Of a stretch of 64,000 nucleotides of DNA, positions 1 through 12,715 are shown piece by piece. The first letter of the stretch is position 1. Each line of letters begins with the position of its first letter. A program made the position numbers and the translations under genes. This DNA is from Mobula hypostoma (Eukaryota), in assembly GCF_963921235.1 (NCBI RefSeq), contig NC_086097.1, positions 221,156,001 through 221,220,000 of the forward strand, read 5' to 3'. A model generated the notes under the pieces. It did not search any database and was not told the origin of the DNA. It was given only the letters and a program-made list of their open reading frames with translations.

Positions 1-1828
1 AGTACATAAAGAGTAAAAGACAGGTGAGAGTAGATATAGGACTGATAGAAAATGATGCTGGAGAAATTCTAATAGGAGATAAGGAGATGGCGGAGGAAAT
101 AAACAAATATTTTGCATCAGTCTTCACTGAGGAAGACATCAGCAGTATACTGGACACTCAAGGGTGGCAGGGAAGAGAAGTGTGCGCAGTCACAATTACG
201 ACAGAGAAAGTACTCAGGAAGCTGAATAGTCTAAGGGTAGGTAAATCTCCCAGACCAGATGGAAAGCACCCTTGTGTTCTGAAGGAAGTAGCTGTGGAGA
301 TTGCGGAGGCATTAGCGATGATCTTTCAAAAGTCGATAGATTCTGGCATGGTTCTGGAGGACTGGAAGACTGCGAATGTCACTCCGCTATTTAAGAAGGG
401 GGCAAGGAAGCAAAAAGGAAATTATATACTTGCTAGCTTGACATCGGTGGTTGGGAAGTTGTTGGAGTCGATTGTCAAGGATGAGGTTACAGAGTACCTG
501 GAGGCATATGACAAGATAGGCAGAACTCAGCATGGATTCCTTCAAGGAAAATCCTGCCTGACAAACCTATTACAATTTTTTGAGGAAATTACAAGTAGGC
601 TAGACAAGGAAGATGCAGTGGATGTTGTATATTTGGATTTTCAGAAGGCCTTTGACAAGGTGCCACACATGAGGCTGCTTAACAAGATAAGAGCCCGTGG
701 AGTTACGGGAAAGTTACATACGTGGATAGGGCGTTGACTCATTGGCAGGAAGCAGAGAGTGGGAATAAAGGGATCCTATTCTGGTTGGCTGCCGGTTACC
801 AGTGGTTTTCCACAGGGGTCCGTGTTGGGGCCGCTTCTTTTAACGTTGTACATCAATGATTTGGTTTACGGAATAGATGGCTTTGTGGCTAAGTTTGCTG
901 ATGATACAAAGATAGGTGGAGGGGCTGGTAGTGCTGAGGAAGCAGAGAGTCTGCAGAGAGACTTGGATAGATTGGAAGAATGGGCAAAGAAGTGGCAAAT
1001 GAAATATAATGTTGGAATGTGTATGGTTATGCACTTTGGCAGACTAAATAAATGGGCAGACTATTATTTAAATGGGGAGAGAATTCAAAGTTCTGAGATG
1101 CAACAGGACTTGGGAGTCCTTGTGCAGGATACCCTTAAGGTTAACCTCCAGGCTGAGTCGGTGATGAAGAAGGCGAATGCAATGTTGGCATTTATTTCTA
1201 GAGGAATAGAGTATAGGAGCAGGGATGTGACATTGAGGCTCTATAAGGCGCTGGTGAGACCTCACTTGGCGTACAGTGGGCAGTTTTGGTCTCCTTATTT
1301 AAGAAAGGATGTGCTGACGTTGGAGAGGGTACAGAGAACATTCACTAGAATGATTCCCGGAATGAGAGGGTTAACATATGAGGAACGTTTGACCACTCTT
1401 GGACTGTACTCCTTGGAGTTTAGAAGAATGAGGGGGGACCTCACAGAAACATTTTGAATGTTGAAAGGCATGGACAGAGTGGGTGTGACAAAGTTGTTTC
1501 CCATGATGGGGGAGTCTAGTATGAGAGGGCATGACTTAAGAATTGAAGGGCGCCCATTCAGAACAGAGATGCGAAGAAATTTTTTTAGCCAGAGGGTGGC
1601 GAATCTGTGGAATTTGTTGCCACGGGGGGCAGTGGAGGCCAAGTCATTGGGTGTATTTAAGGCAGAGATTGATAGGTATCTGAGTAGCCAGGGCATCAAA
1701 GGTTATGATGAAAAGGCGGGGGAGTGGGACTAAATGGGAGAATGGATCAGCTCATGATAAAATGGTGGAGCAGACTCGATGGGCCGAATGGCCGACTTCT
1801 GCTCCTTTGTCTTATGGTCTTATGGTCT
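1..1828 (+). mobile_element. CR1 LINE, ORF2 reverse transcriptase (RT) and 3' UTR, decayed; runs off the window start
   Basis: ORFs 24-737, 759-1457 and 1458-1733 carry CR1 motifs [42 protein letters not shown] and NFFSQRVANLWN. The element ends in a (TCTTATGG)n tail at ~1810-1828. Confidence 0.95.
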
Positions 1829-2090
1829 TTACAGTCAGTGAAGGGATTCTGAAACGTTGCTGTAAATTGGCCAACTTGTGAGCAACATAGTCCACCAAAC
1901 AGTGATGTGACAATCTGTATTCCAGGATAAGTACAGCCTGGACTTCGGAGGGATCACCTCTGCCCTCTTTCAAAGCAGTCCTGTGAGATTTGTATCAAAT
2001 TTAACCAAGTGTCGATTAAATAGAAAATTCATAAACAATGAATACCCCCAACACAAGAGTCCAAACCTTGACATTCTGTGCCATTGCTTG
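1829..2090 (-). mobile_element. Ancient DeuSINE (SacSINE1-like) relic
   Basis: Patches tttacagtcagtgaagggattctgaa, gccaacttgtgagcaacatagtccaccaaacagtgatgtgacaat and ggataagtacagcctggacttcggagggatcacctctgccctct resemble the reverse strand of the Deu domain as I recall it. Heavily diverged. Confidence 0.4.
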
Positions 2091-2455
2091 ATCTCCCATC
2101 CTCAATACCATGAGCAGAAGCTTCACTACACCAACTACATAAACACCAAGTCTACATGAAGGGGGGAAATGGCAGTTTGCAATAACGACTCACTTCTTGA
2201 GCCTACAAAGCCTATGGAAGTCAAGGTGTGATGCAATAGCCTCCATATGTTTTGATAATTTTTGTAGCTTCATAAATGCTCAAGGAGTTTGACATTACTA
2301 GTATTTCACTTTAAACCTTCATCCACTCCACTGATATATACTGCAGTTATTTGCCTCAGTTATTCTGACAACTCCTCTCAAACACATAGGGTCTACCAGC
2401 AAGTTGGATAAAGATTACAGGCACACAGCTATCTTCTGCAGGTTCCTCTCCATTT

Positions 2456-2930
2456 CTGATTCCTGGGATGGCAGAACTTTCATATGGTGAAAGACTGGAT
2501 CGACTAGGCTTATGCTCTCTGGAATTTAGAAGATTGAGCGGGGATCTTATTGAAACGTATAAAATCCTAAAGGGATTGGACAGGCTAGATGCAGGAAGAT
2601 TGTTTCCGATGTTGGGGAATTCCAGAACGAGGGGTCACAGTTTGAGGATAAAGCCTTGTAAGACCGAGATGAGGAAAAACTTCTTCACACAGAGAGTGGT
2701 GAATCTGTGGAATTCTCTGCCACAGGAAACAGTTGAGGCCAGTTCATTGGTTATATTTAAGAGGGAGTTAAATTTGGTCTTTGTGGTTAAAGGGATCAGG
2801 GGGTATGGAGGGAAGGCTGGTACAGGGTTCTGAGTTGGATGATTAGCCATGATCATACTGAATGGCGGGGCAGACTCGAAGGGCCAAATGGTCTACTCCT
2901 GCACCTATTTTCTATATTTCTATGTTTCTA
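2456..2930 (+). mobile_element. 5'-truncated CR1 (young subfamily, same as 16424-17753 and 44110-44850)
   Basis: ORF 2468-2833 (LSYGERLDRLGLCSLEFRRL...NFFTQRVVNLWNSLP) followed by the 3' UTR and tail tttctatatttctatgtttcta. Confidence 0.93.
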
Positions 2931-3224
2931 TTTATATATTATCCTGATTTGGAAATGTATTGTGGCTCCTTCATCATCTCTGTGTCTTAATATTGGAATG
3001 GCTTACCTTAGTGTACCATAAGAATACCTTCACCAGAAGATCTGCAGTGGTTCAATTGTAATTGGGCAAGGAATTGTGACTTTGATATGGTTTGCACATC
3101 CCAGATATGAATTTCAGAGAAGCAATATTTTATATCCCTTTGCTGCCTCGGAAAGATGGATCTATATTGCAGCTCACCTTCAATGCGTGGATGTATCTAA
3201 CTACTATCTGTTGTAGGGATATTG

Positions 3225-3963
3225 AGCCTTGCCTCACACCGGTGTATCAGCTTTAGGGGCCGTACAAAAGAGTCTGGAACAACAAGCATTTGAAGAAAGG
3301 CACGAAGATCAGCGTGTACAGAGCCGTTGTACTGACCACCCTCCTGTATGGTTCCGAGTCGTGGGTCACCTACCGTCACCACCTATGACTCCTTGGGCAT
3401 TTCCACCAGTGCTGCCTCCGCACCATCCTCAACATCCACTGGACTGACTTCGTCACCAACATCGAAGTCCTCGAACAGGCGGAGGTCACCGGCATCGAGG
3501 CCATGCTGTTGAAGACGCAGCTGCGCCTGGCAGGGCACATCTCCCGGATGGAGGATCATTGCCTGCCCAAGATTGTGCTGTATGGCGAACTCTCCACGGG
3601 CCACCGTGACAGAGGGGCACCGAAGAAGAGGTACAAGGACTCTCTGAAGAAATCCCTTGGTGCCTGTCACATTGACCATCGCCAGTGGTCTAATATAGAC
3701 TCCAGTCGCAAAGCCTAGTGACACACCATTCACCAGTCTGTCTCCTCCTTCAAGAACGCACGCAGGGCTGGCACTGAGGACAAAAGGAGAAGGAGGAAGG
3801 ACCGTGACACCGCAGCACCAAACCCGGAACAGAATTTCCCTTGCAGCCGCTGTGGCCGGGCCTGCCTGTCCTGTATTGGCCTTGTCAGCCACCAGTGAGC
3901 CTGCAGAAGAAGTGGGCAGCCCCCTTCCTAAATCTTCGTTCGCGAAGCCAAGCCATGATGATG
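3225..3963 (+). mobile_element. RTE-clade LINE, 3' fragment
   Basis: Translates to TKISVYRAVVLTTLLYGSESW...QLRLAGHISRMEDHCLPKIVLYGEL...RGAPKKRYKD, then a C-terminal CSRCGRACLSCIGLVSH zinc-finger-like motif and an (ATG)n tail at ~3956-3963. Confidence 0.85.
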
Positions 3964-4609
3964 TGCTAGAATTATGATGAATTTAGAATGTTAATTTTTT
4001 CATCAATCTTTCTGTCAACCATAGGTTTGTGGTTAGGGTGACCCAGATTGACTACTCAACCCTGCGTAAAGACAACTTAAAAGTAGCTTTACAAGCCATC
4101 GCTCACTTATTCAATTCGCAGCATGCTTTTCACCTTTAGGCTGACAGAAACTTGTGTTAATGTCAACAGGAATACAATGGATCACAAATACCGAATTTAA
4201 TGGCTACAACTCCAAAATGTCAGATGTGGACAACTGTGGAAGTACTGTACTCGTCAGATCACTCTTAACACACTTGTCGATTGACAGAAACCTAGGCTAA
4301 AAGACAGAACAGGTGATAAAACAGGACTGACTGCTGGACTAAATAGCAAACATATAATGACCATGGAACATACAAAAGAGAGTTTGGGCTGGTGCATACT
4401 GATGCAAATACTCTGTTTCATGACATTCTTTTCAAGCTGGCACAGCTCAGAAAACACCGAAGATCTTTGTCTGATAAATCCTGGTGTTGATATTCCATAG
4501 AGAATAATTGCAAAATACAAAACAGTGTAGCATAATGCTGAGATGTTGAGTTAAAAAAGCGTGAAGTGAGAATTGATTTTTAGGCAGCAGAGAGAAGACT
4601 AGAACAAAA

Positions 4610-4848
4610 TGGTAGAGTAGTGGCTAGTGAGACGATATTATGTCATTGGTGACCCGGGTTCAATTCTGCCACTGCCTGTAAGGAGTTTGTACGTTTCCCC
4701 CTGTAACTGTGTGTGTTTCCTCGGGTGCTCCAGTTTCCTCCCACATTCCAAAGATGCATGGATTGGTAGGATAATCAGTCACATGGGTATAATTGGGCAA
4801 TGCGGACTCATAGGCTGGATGGGCTGTTACCACTAAATAAACAAATAA
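4610..4848 (+). mobile_element. V-SINE (HE1-like), tRNA-derived
   Basis: B box ggttcaattc, V-domain ggagtttgtacgtttcccc...gtttcctcgggtgctccagtttcctcccacattccaaaga, and an A-rich (TAAA)n tail. Confidence 0.8.
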
Positions 4849-5859
4849 ATTACTGGAATGTGTCCATTGATTCAGCTTTAAAAAATCTGAGCTGATGAAA
4901 TTAGACCCAAACAGGCCAAGTTGGAAGATATTAAAAACAATAACATTCGTACATTATCGCCCTATATTATGTTATAATCCCAGGTGCACTTTCCTTGATT
5001 CCTGAAGCTTTTTCATCAGTAACTTGAGTCAGCACCTGACCTGAATTGATGATGTGGGCTTGCTGTCTGCTTGGAGACATTCTTTCAAACCCCCCTCTAT
5101 AACAAGTGAGGCTTTAATGTCAGCTTGACAGCAGAAATGTGTAAACTTACCGATCTTTGCCAACTGGGGTGAAGTGTGCACTGACACAAAATTTCTCAGC
5201 AACTTGTAATGCTAAATTTACTGTTCATTTTTTAACACTCCCAGGGTGTAATGACGGCCTGCTGAGTTACAGTGCACCAGATGGCATAGAACCGTTGACT
5301 GAAATAGAAATTCTTCATCTCAATTAAGTGAGATCTAAATTGCAGAGTGCTATAAAAATTGCGGTTAGACATGGATGCATATGAATCTGTTGCTCTTTGA
5401 CCTGGTGTAAGATGTACACAAAATTTGGGCTGTTTCTTTATTGTTTGTCCAGATTTGTATGTAGCCATTGCAGTTAAACCTACTTGGCACTGCCTAAAAT
5501 GGTTAGAGCTAATGCAGGAAATTACTTAAGTGGCCTTAAAGATTTGCTGGGAACTTACACTCAGATTCCTTGACTTTGGCGATGTGGTTCCAGGGGTGAG
5601 GACCTCAAACAGATTGCACATGAAACACTTCCCAAAGCTAATAAACCACACAATCAGTGATGCCAGTTCTAAAGATCGTCAGTACTTGCAAATATTTCTG
5701 GATGTCTTTGACTTTCAGCAATGAAATAAATATTTTAACTTTTTAAAATAAAAAAAATTTGAAAATATTACTAATCAGCTAAAGCACCTAATCTTCTTTC
5801 AAAGGATCAGTAACATCCATTAAAACATGTATAACTAAAATCTGCTTTTCTTCTTACCT

Positions 5860-6190
5860 TCTTCTTCAAAGTCATACAATAGCTTAGTATCATCAGCAAA
5901 CTTGGATACTTTACACTGGATCCACAATATTAACAGCCAAAATCCACGTGGCGCAAATTTCATCTATCTCTCACAACCTGTTTATTCCTACTCTTTTTTT
6001 TGGTTTGCTAACTAATACTAAAGCAACACCATGATACTACCCCGAATAATGTGTCTTCTATCTTGTTTAATAATCTCTTGTGTGGCATCTTATTGAGTCT
6101 CCCAAAAGTCAAGATGCACAGTAACTGATCTGGCATCTTCTATTTCACGAGTTACAACAAAAAAAAATCTTTACGGATTTGTCAAAGACT
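5860..6190 (-). mobile_element. Highly decayed CR1 RT remnant
   Basis: gtatcatcagcaaacttgg reads KFADDT on the minus strand. Confidence 0.5.
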
Positions 6191-6954
6191 TTAACAGCTA
6201 AAGAAATTCTACAAATTGTTAAGGTTTTTAACAGCTAAAGTCAGGAACTAATCCACAGGCCTGAACAAGTCAGCAAGGATGGAGAAGAAGAAGATGGAAC
6301 AGAGTCAGAAGTGGCTTATATTTTGATCAGAGGCAGGGATTAGAAATTTGTCCGGGGAAAAAATACTTTAAAAGGATATTTTATTACCTTTCACGGGCGT
6401 TTTATACTAAAAAGCACTAGAATCAAATTGATAAGGATGCACAGGGAAGTGATGGAAATCATTCAGAGAGGAAAGGTATAGAAAATTATGCAAAGTACAA
6501 GGCAGGGAGGTTTTATAGGAATTTTTAGAATCGTATTTGCAATAATAAAATATGGAAGGATTGTAGGAAAATTAAAGATAAAACTAATTCTTTAACTAGA
6601 AGAACATTAAGCATTTTGTGTCCTTTGGGCGTTGATAACTAGGGGCCATCGACTGGTTCTGCTGCTCTTACCCTTACTTGCGATCAGCACTGTACTGTAG
6701 CACCCCTTGTTCACAGATTCTCAGAAGTTACCAGTTCAACAGCACTTCTATTTTAAAGCTAAAATACTTATTTTGAGGTTCCTCCTTGTATTAGCACTTT
6801 CCTTCGAAGCTACAATCCTCCAAGTTTTAGGCTCTTTTAATGCTGGTTACTTAATCTCTATCAATAACAGTATGTACTTCAGAACTCTTTTAATCTCTTC
6901 AACTCTTTCTCCTCTTTTGTTATAAATAGAATGACACATCTTGCGATGAACTCA

Positions 6955-7290
6955 GACACATTATCAGTGATGTAACCTGGGATCACAGGGTGTTTTGGGT
7001 TTTTCAACATCAGATACCCTCGCCTGGGCGACCCAGCCCTGCGATTGATCAGGCCCGGACTTGTGTCTGAGTAGCATTCTGCCACGGATCACTCCTCCTG
7101 ATCCACAGCCATCTCGAGGCTCGCTCTGCTGCCTCTATGGTGTTCCTGATGGCTTTCCTCTTCTGGGCTCCTGAGATGCCCACCTGGCTGTAGGCTCGGC
7201 AGAAGGATTGACCAGCAAATCCTCTGCAGCCCACCTCTGTGGACACAGAATGTGCCCGATGGCACCTGCTGCAGCACTCCTCCACCTAAC
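6955..7290 (-). mobile_element. 3' end of a restriction-like-endonuclease (RLE) non-LTR retrotransposon (HERO/NeSL-like)
   Basis: ORF 7049-7285 contains EVGCRGFAGQS...AAERASRWLWIRR, the typical RLE C-terminus of HERO-type elements, followed by a short 3' UTR. Confidence 0.75.
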
Positions 7291-7500
7291 TAATCTATTT
7301 AACTGGATTTTTAAACATCTGCATAATACCACCTAACATATTTGTTCTCCATTCTCGTTGATGATGCTCCTCTGAAGCAGTTTGAAGTATTTGATTCTAT
7401 AAAGAATTTAAGACCAGTATTTTTTGCAAAACTTCCACAGGGAATCATAAGGGTTCTTCTAGAATACAGTGACCAATGAGGAAAAGGAGAAAGGTAAATG

Positions 7501-7503
<3 letters not shown>

Positions 7504-7538
<35 letters not shown>
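7504..7538. repeat. (TG)n microsatellite
   Basis: Read directly from the sequence. Confidence 0.98.
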
Positions 7539-7539
<1 letters not shown>

Positions 7540-8866
7540 TATGACGGGGAATGTGGTTGAAATTTTTGAAAGGATATTTAAACATTTCAAAGGTATGGAG
7601 ATATCATAAAGTTCTTCTGTTAGGCACATGTTTCACTGAGTTTGTCACCTAAAGCTAAAGGTTCAAATAATAATTCAAAACTCTTACAATACTTTTTATG
7701 AACCGATACCAGAATAGTATGGTTGAACAGAAGTGACAGAGTTTAAAAGATACTGAAACATTTCATGCTATTGTGAGGGATGCAGAGGTATTATATGATG
7801 TTAGGCATGCAATGTCAGCCTAAAGATATCCATGGAGACATCCACCTTTTGCCTTATTTCGAACATTAACTATGTTACACAGTAATCTGGTTTGGTAGAG
7901 TGTAGTTTAGCACTGAATGCATCACAAAAGATGTTTCTTGATGATTCAACATACGAAACAGTTCATTTAAAAAAGTAACATTTTGAACTATGATCCTGAC
8001 TGATAATAAAATGGATATTTATTTATGAGGATGTGGTCAAGTGTTCGATTTTTTTCTTGAATTTCTATGAAGTTCTAAATGTAAAGACTTCTGGCTGATA
8101 ATCAGTTATCGCATCAAAAAGCACGAGTGTTGGCTTGTTACGATACTTAACTCAAAAACCACTGCAAGTAGCCAGCTTTTCTTCATTAAGTGTGAGTAAA
8201 ATGAAATTAGAGCATAATCTTAACTGATCCCATCAGCATTTTCCAAGGCATGTTATGTCTGCAGAGGAATTGAACTTAGGGCACTGATTGTGTTTGTGTT
8301 TATTAGACTGTGCAAATGATGATGTATGAGAGGTGATTAGCTGGTGTGGTGCATTATAATACAGTTTACTTCTGGGACTTTAATTCCAGTCCAACCAGAT
8401 GTATGAAGACCATCTCTCCCTTTTTCCTAATGGCTATTAAGGATCCCAAATTGAATTAGTCCTAGCAGTTTCAGCACAATCACAATGGATATGAATCCAC
8501 AGAAATTAAATTACCCAAGAATTTGGCACAAAAATTGCCTTTAATTGAGAGTCAGTGGGAGATGTGAAAAATGTGGAAACCACCACAGAACTGCTATTAG
8601 TGCTCTTCAGCTGTCAGTGTTGAGAAGAATGTCAGAGAAATTGAAGATCACATTTGGACAGATTTACAAATATTAAACCATTTTTCTTTTCTACTGCTGT
8701 AAATTGGGACATTCTGTATATTGGCATCCATTTACAGTGGTACCGTTGCTGAAATCAATGGTAGTTTGGAGTATGTGTATTAACGTTCAGGAGCAGAAAA
8801 AAACGAAAACGCAACCAACAAAAAGAGAGTCACTTCTTCCCTACTTTTTATTTCCAAAATATCATT

Positions 8867-10872
8867 TAAGACCATAAGATTTAGGAGTGGAAGCAGGCCA
8901 TTCAGCCCATCGAGGCTGCTATTCAACATGGCAGATTATTATCCCTCTCAACCCCATTCTCCTGCTTTCTCTCTGTAACCTTTGAACCCTTACTAATAAA
9001 GAACCATCAACCTTCACTTTAAATATACCAATGACTTGGTCTCCGTAGCCATGGTAACAAATCGCTCAACTTCATCATCCTTTTGTGAATGGACTACCTT
9101 CCATTCTGAGTCCATGCCCACTGGTCCTAGACTCCCCCTCCATATGAAACATTCTCTATATCTTGGCCATTCAATATTCGATAGATTTCAATGAGATTCC
9201 CCCTCATTATTTTAAACTCCACGGAGTACAGGCCCAGAGCCATCAAATGAGCTTTACCATTAACCCTTTCATTCCTGGATCATGCTTGTGAACCTCCTCT
9301 GGGCCAGAAGAGGTTCACGAGAATGCCAGCACATCCTTCCTTAGATAAAGAGCCCAACGTTGCTCACAATACTCCAAGTGCAGTCTGACTAATGCCATAG
9401 CATTACATCCTTGCAATTTATTTGAGGAGGACTAGTATATAAAAGCATTTGCCTTTCTTACCACTGACTCAACCCAGTAAGTTAACCTTCAGGGAATCCT
9501 GCACAAGGACTCCCTAGACCGTTTGCACGTCTGATTCTGAATTTTCTCGCCATTTAGAAAATAGTTCACACTTTTATTCCTTCTAACAAAGTACATGACC
9601 ATACACTTCTCTACACTGCATTCCTTCTGCCATTTCTTTGCCAATTCTCCTAATCTGCCTAAGTCTTTTGGCAGGCTTCTTGCTTCTTCAACACTACCTG
9701 TCCCTGCACTGATTTTTGTAGTGTCCACAAGCATGGTCACAAAAGACATCAATTCCATCATCCAGATCAATAACATATAACATGAAAAGAAGCAGCCCCA
9801 ACACTGACCCCTGTAGAACCCCACAAGTCATCGGCAGCTAACCAGAAAAGGCCCCCTTTGTTTCCTCTCTTTGCCTCATGTCAGTTAATTCCTCATGGAA
9901 TTTTAGCAGTTTTGTCAGGCAAGATTTCCCCTAAAGGAAACCATGCTGATTTTGGCCTATTTTATCAAGAACCTCCGTTTTCCCCCAAACGACATCCTTA
10001 GTAATGAACTCCAACATCTTGCCAACCATTGAATTCAGGCTAACTGGCCTACAATTTCCTGAGTTTTGCTTCCCTCCCTTTTTAAAGGGTGGAATGATAT
10101 TTGCAATTTTCCAGTCCACTGGGACCAGAATCTAGAGATTCTTCAAAGAACCTCTACGATCTCCAGAATCCCTTCAGCTACCTTTTGCAGAACCCTGGAA
10201 TGTAGTCCATCTGTTCCAAGAGATTTCAGACCTTTCAGCTTCCCAATCACCTTCTCCTTAGTAACAGTAATTACACTCACTTTTGCCCTGGCACCTGAAT
10301 TTAAGGAATACTGTTAATTCCTTCTGTTGGTTTTTAAAGGCTTCCCCATCCTTCAACTTCCTACTATTTTTGTGATACTATCTGCCCTCTCTTATACTTG
10401 TATGCTGTCTTTGACTTCCCTTATCTGCCACAGTTGCCTCATCCTCTCTTTAGAATATTTTGTCTTCATGGTGATGTATTTATCCTTGCTTCCAGAAACT
10501 CCAGCTATTAATGTTTTGCCATCATCTCTGCTAGTGGACCCTTCCAATTAACTTTGGCCAGCTCTTCTCTCATGCCTCTGTAATTCCCTTTACTCCATTG
10601 TAATACTAATACGTTTTCTGCTTTTAGCTTCTCTCTCAAACTGTAGGGTGAATTCTATCATATTATGATCACTGCCTCCTAAGAGTTCCTTAACCTAAGC
10701 TGCCTAATCAAATCTGGTTCATTACACAACACCCAATACAGAATTACCTTTTTCCTAGTGGGTTCCACCACAAGGCCATATCACAGGCGTTCTACAAGTT
10801 CCCTGTCTTGGTTTCTAGCACCAACCTGATTCCCAATCTACCTGCATATTGGAATCCCCTATGACTATCGTA
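8867..10872 (-). mobile_element. Old CR1 LINE with internal deletions (endonuclease to RT to 3' tail)
   Basis: Reverse tail taagaccataagat. Minus-strand ORFs include DWKIANIIPPFKKGGKQNSGNCRPVSL, QHGFL and a decayed VDTTKI motif. Confidence 0.85.
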
Positions 10873-10879
10873 CAGTAAC

Positions 10880-11075
10880 TGTAATGTATGGATCTATTTT
10901 TTTTAGAGCAATAAACGTCCCCTTAGCACTACGTATTGATGTATTATCTGCGCATGCGCTGTTGTTTTCGCGTGCGCATTGTTCTCTCTCGCTGCAACGT
11001 GAGTACACCAGTTAAAGATAACTCCAACGTGCATACTTTTACTTAATTGATATGTAGTTGCGCACAAATACAGCA
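10880..11075 (+). mobile_element. 5' LTR of a Gypsy element, followed by its primer-binding site (PBS)
   Basis: TG...CA segment followed after 3 nt by TGGCGACAAG (11079-11088), a typical Gypsy PBS, and then by gag. Confidence 0.75.
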
Positions 11076-11544
11076 AATTGGCGACAAGTATGAACCTGAA
11101 TGTCAGAAAATATCACGAACTCCACTGATAGTTACGGGGGAAAACAGCATAAGAAGGCCATCACAGATTTTAACAAATGTGTGAGTACAGTACATAGTAA
11201 CAGTGAAAGACATGCTGAACTTAAAGTGAAAATAACGTTGCAATAGCTTGAGTCAGGAAAGTTGACGAATATGATAGCGCTGATGAAGGCTGGAAGTTGT
11301 ACATCGATACAGTTGAACTGTATTGTAATGCAGACAATGTGGAGAAGCAAAAGAAAGCCCCATCCTTCTTAGCTTGATGGGTGCAAGAACGTACAGTTTC
11401 TTATGAAACTTAGTAAGCTCTGAAAAGCCAACAAGAAAGATGTTCAACGAAATTGTTACAATTTTACAAAATCGCTTGAGCCCTAAACCGTTGATAGTAG
11501 GTGAGAGATTTAAAATTTACAGAAGGAACCAGTCAAAATATGAA

Positions 11545-12428
11545 ATAGAATCTTAGATGGCGATGAAAGGGCATACAGGAGTGAGATATGCCAACTAGTG
11601 AAATGGTGCCACAGCAACAATTTGGCACTCAACATCAGTAAGACGGAAGAGCTGATTGTGGACTTCAAGAAAGGTAAGACAAAGGAACACATACCGGTCC
11701 TCATAGAGGGATCAGAAGTGGAGAGAGTGAGCAGCTTCAAGTTCCTGGGTGTCAAGATCTCTGAGGACCTAACCTGGTCCCAACAAATTGATGTAGTTAT
11801 AAAGAAACCAAGGCAGGCAGCTATACTTTATTAGGAGTTTGAAGCGATTTGGCATGTCAACAAATACATTCAAAAACTTCTATAGTTGTACCGTGGAGAG
11901 CATTCTGACAGGCTGCATCACTGTCTGGTATGGAGGGACTACTGCACAGGACCGATAGAAGCTGCAGAAGGTTGTAAATCTAGTCAGCTCCATCTTGGGC
12001 ACTAGCCTACAAAGTACCCAGGACATTTTTAGGGAGCAGTGTCTCAGACAGGCAGTTTCCATTATTAATGACCTCCAGTACCCAGAGCATGCCCTTTTCT
12101 CACTGTTACCATCAGGTAGGAGATACAAAAGCCTGAAGGCACACACTCTGTGATTCAGGAACAGCTTCTTCCCCTCTGTCATCCGATTCCTAAATGGACT
12201 TTGAAGCTTTGGACACTACCTCACTTTTTTAATATACAGTATTTCTGTTTTTGCACATTTTTAAATAATCTGTTCAATATACGTAATTGATTTACTTGTT
12301 TATTTATCATTATGTTTTATTTACTTTTTTCTCTCTCTGCTAGATTATGTATTGCATTGGACTGCTGCTGCTAAGTTAACAAATTTCACGTCACATGCCA
12401 ATGATAATAAACCTGATTCTGATTCTGA
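11545..12428 (+). mobile_element. Rex1/Babar-type LINE 3' fragment inserted in Gypsy gag
   Basis: WCHSNNLALNISKTEELIVDF...VERVSSFKFLGV, ending in aataaacctgattctgattctga ((GATTCT)n tail). Confidence 0.85.
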
Positions 12429-12715
12429 ATACATTGCAGAATTGTGCAAACTTTCCCAGTACTGTGATTTTAGAGATCGACTTTCTGATACATTAGGGGA
12501 GGCTTGTATGTGGCATGCGTAGTCAAAGCACTCAAAAGAGGCTACTGGCAGAAAGAAACCTAACCTTAGAATGGACATTGACCTTTGCAATATATTAAGA
12601 GACTGCAGCAAAGGATGCAGCAGAACTACAGAAAAGGGGGTTAGAATGTGAAATGCACAAAATGACTCTGAATGTCGCAAAAAACCAAAAATATTAATGA
12701 TGTGGCAAATCCTCC

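Noticed and set aside
4254..6925. Short ORFs of 64-88 aa in AT-rich sequence
   Set aside because: No motifs or splice support; their lengths fit chance ORFs or SINE translations.
6985..7020. Hammerhead-like CTGATG...AAAC in the HERO 3' UTR (minus strand)
   Set aside because: It reads CTGATGT rather than CTGANGA and lacks an intact GAAA and stem II in this copy.
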